From contig NC_086097.1 in NCBI RefSeq assembly GCF_963921235.1, positions 114,516,001 to 114,580,000 on the forward strand: a stretch of 64,000 bases of DNA, given 5' to 3'. Under the pieces are notes generated by a model. It did not search any database. It was not told the origin of the DNA and worked only from the letters and a program-made list of their open reading frames with translations. Source of the DNA: Mobula hypostoma (Eukaryota). Positions within the stretch are counted from its first letter, which is position 1. Every line of letters starts with the position of its first letter. Positions 63,597 to 64,000 of this stretch are shown piece after piece. The position numbers and the translations under genes were made by a program.

Positions 63597-64000
63597 TATT
63601 TTCACAGTTTGTCGTCTTTTGCACATTGGTGTATTGTCTTTTTTTGTGTGTGGATTTTCATTGATTTTCATTGTACTTCTTTGTATTTACTATGAATGCT
63701 TAAAAATGAATATGTTGTACAAGGTGACATCTATGTATGTTGACAATTAAATTTACTTTGACCTTGAACTTTGAATCATTGCCGTGCTTGCTGACCAACA
63801 CAATTCCCCTCAATATCTTGACTTTAACATTCTTATCACTATTTCCAAATCCCTTTGTGTCCTCAATCTTTCCCATCTCCAACATTCTCCAATGCAACCA
63901 CTGTTAGAGATACTAGACTTTGTTTTACCACTACTATCTTTCTGGCAATGTGACACATTCCATCATTCAGACAATCAGACCATAAAACACAGGAGCAGAA

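Larger units (their letters stand above)
54690..63775 (+). mobile_element. Rex1/Babar relic in three pieces (~54690-54982, 61370-62055, 63599-63775) hosting later insertions
   Basis: KFADD...AYRREIENLAEWCHNNHLSL continues as SLNVSKAKELIIDFRR and TLTNFYRCAVESTLTGCI. Confidence 0.85.

Overview
Vertebrate genomic DNA, very probably a cartilaginous fish (shark/ray, inferred from the repeat families), consisting mostly of transposable elements. The only recognisable host gene is the 3' end of TIMM21 on the minus strand: two coding exons (50362-50464 and 48469-48561) with canonical splice sites that the ORF track misses. CR1 LINEs dominate: one near-full-length copy at ~6560-10926, one with an uninterrupted ORF2 at ~13859-17208, and many fragments. 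Also present are a Tf1/sushi-type chromovirus with both LTRs and TSD (18635-25599), a Gmr1-type PR-IN-RT Gypsy element with both LTRs and TSD (55079-61302), a degraded third Gypsy, several solo LTRs, a DD34E Tc1 transposon (62058-63596), Tc1/Tigger MITEs, Rex1/Babar and RTE fragments, SINEs and a tRNA-Asn fragment. Top observations: (1) three divergent CR1 copies carry a correctly phased U_UUA_AAC/U slippery heptamer at the ORF1/ORF2 junction with ORF2 in the -1 frame, suggesting programmed -1 ribosomal frameshifting; (2) a short dispersed repeat carries a minimal hammerhead-ribozyme core; (3) the chromovirus shows a tRNA-independent self-priming signature; (4) a young CR1 is inserted in the branch-point zone of the last TIMM21 intron; (5) a dense PBX-MEIS/FOX/RFX motif cluster lies in unique sequence. 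All family assignments are by eye; boundaries without a stated TSD or splice site are approximate.
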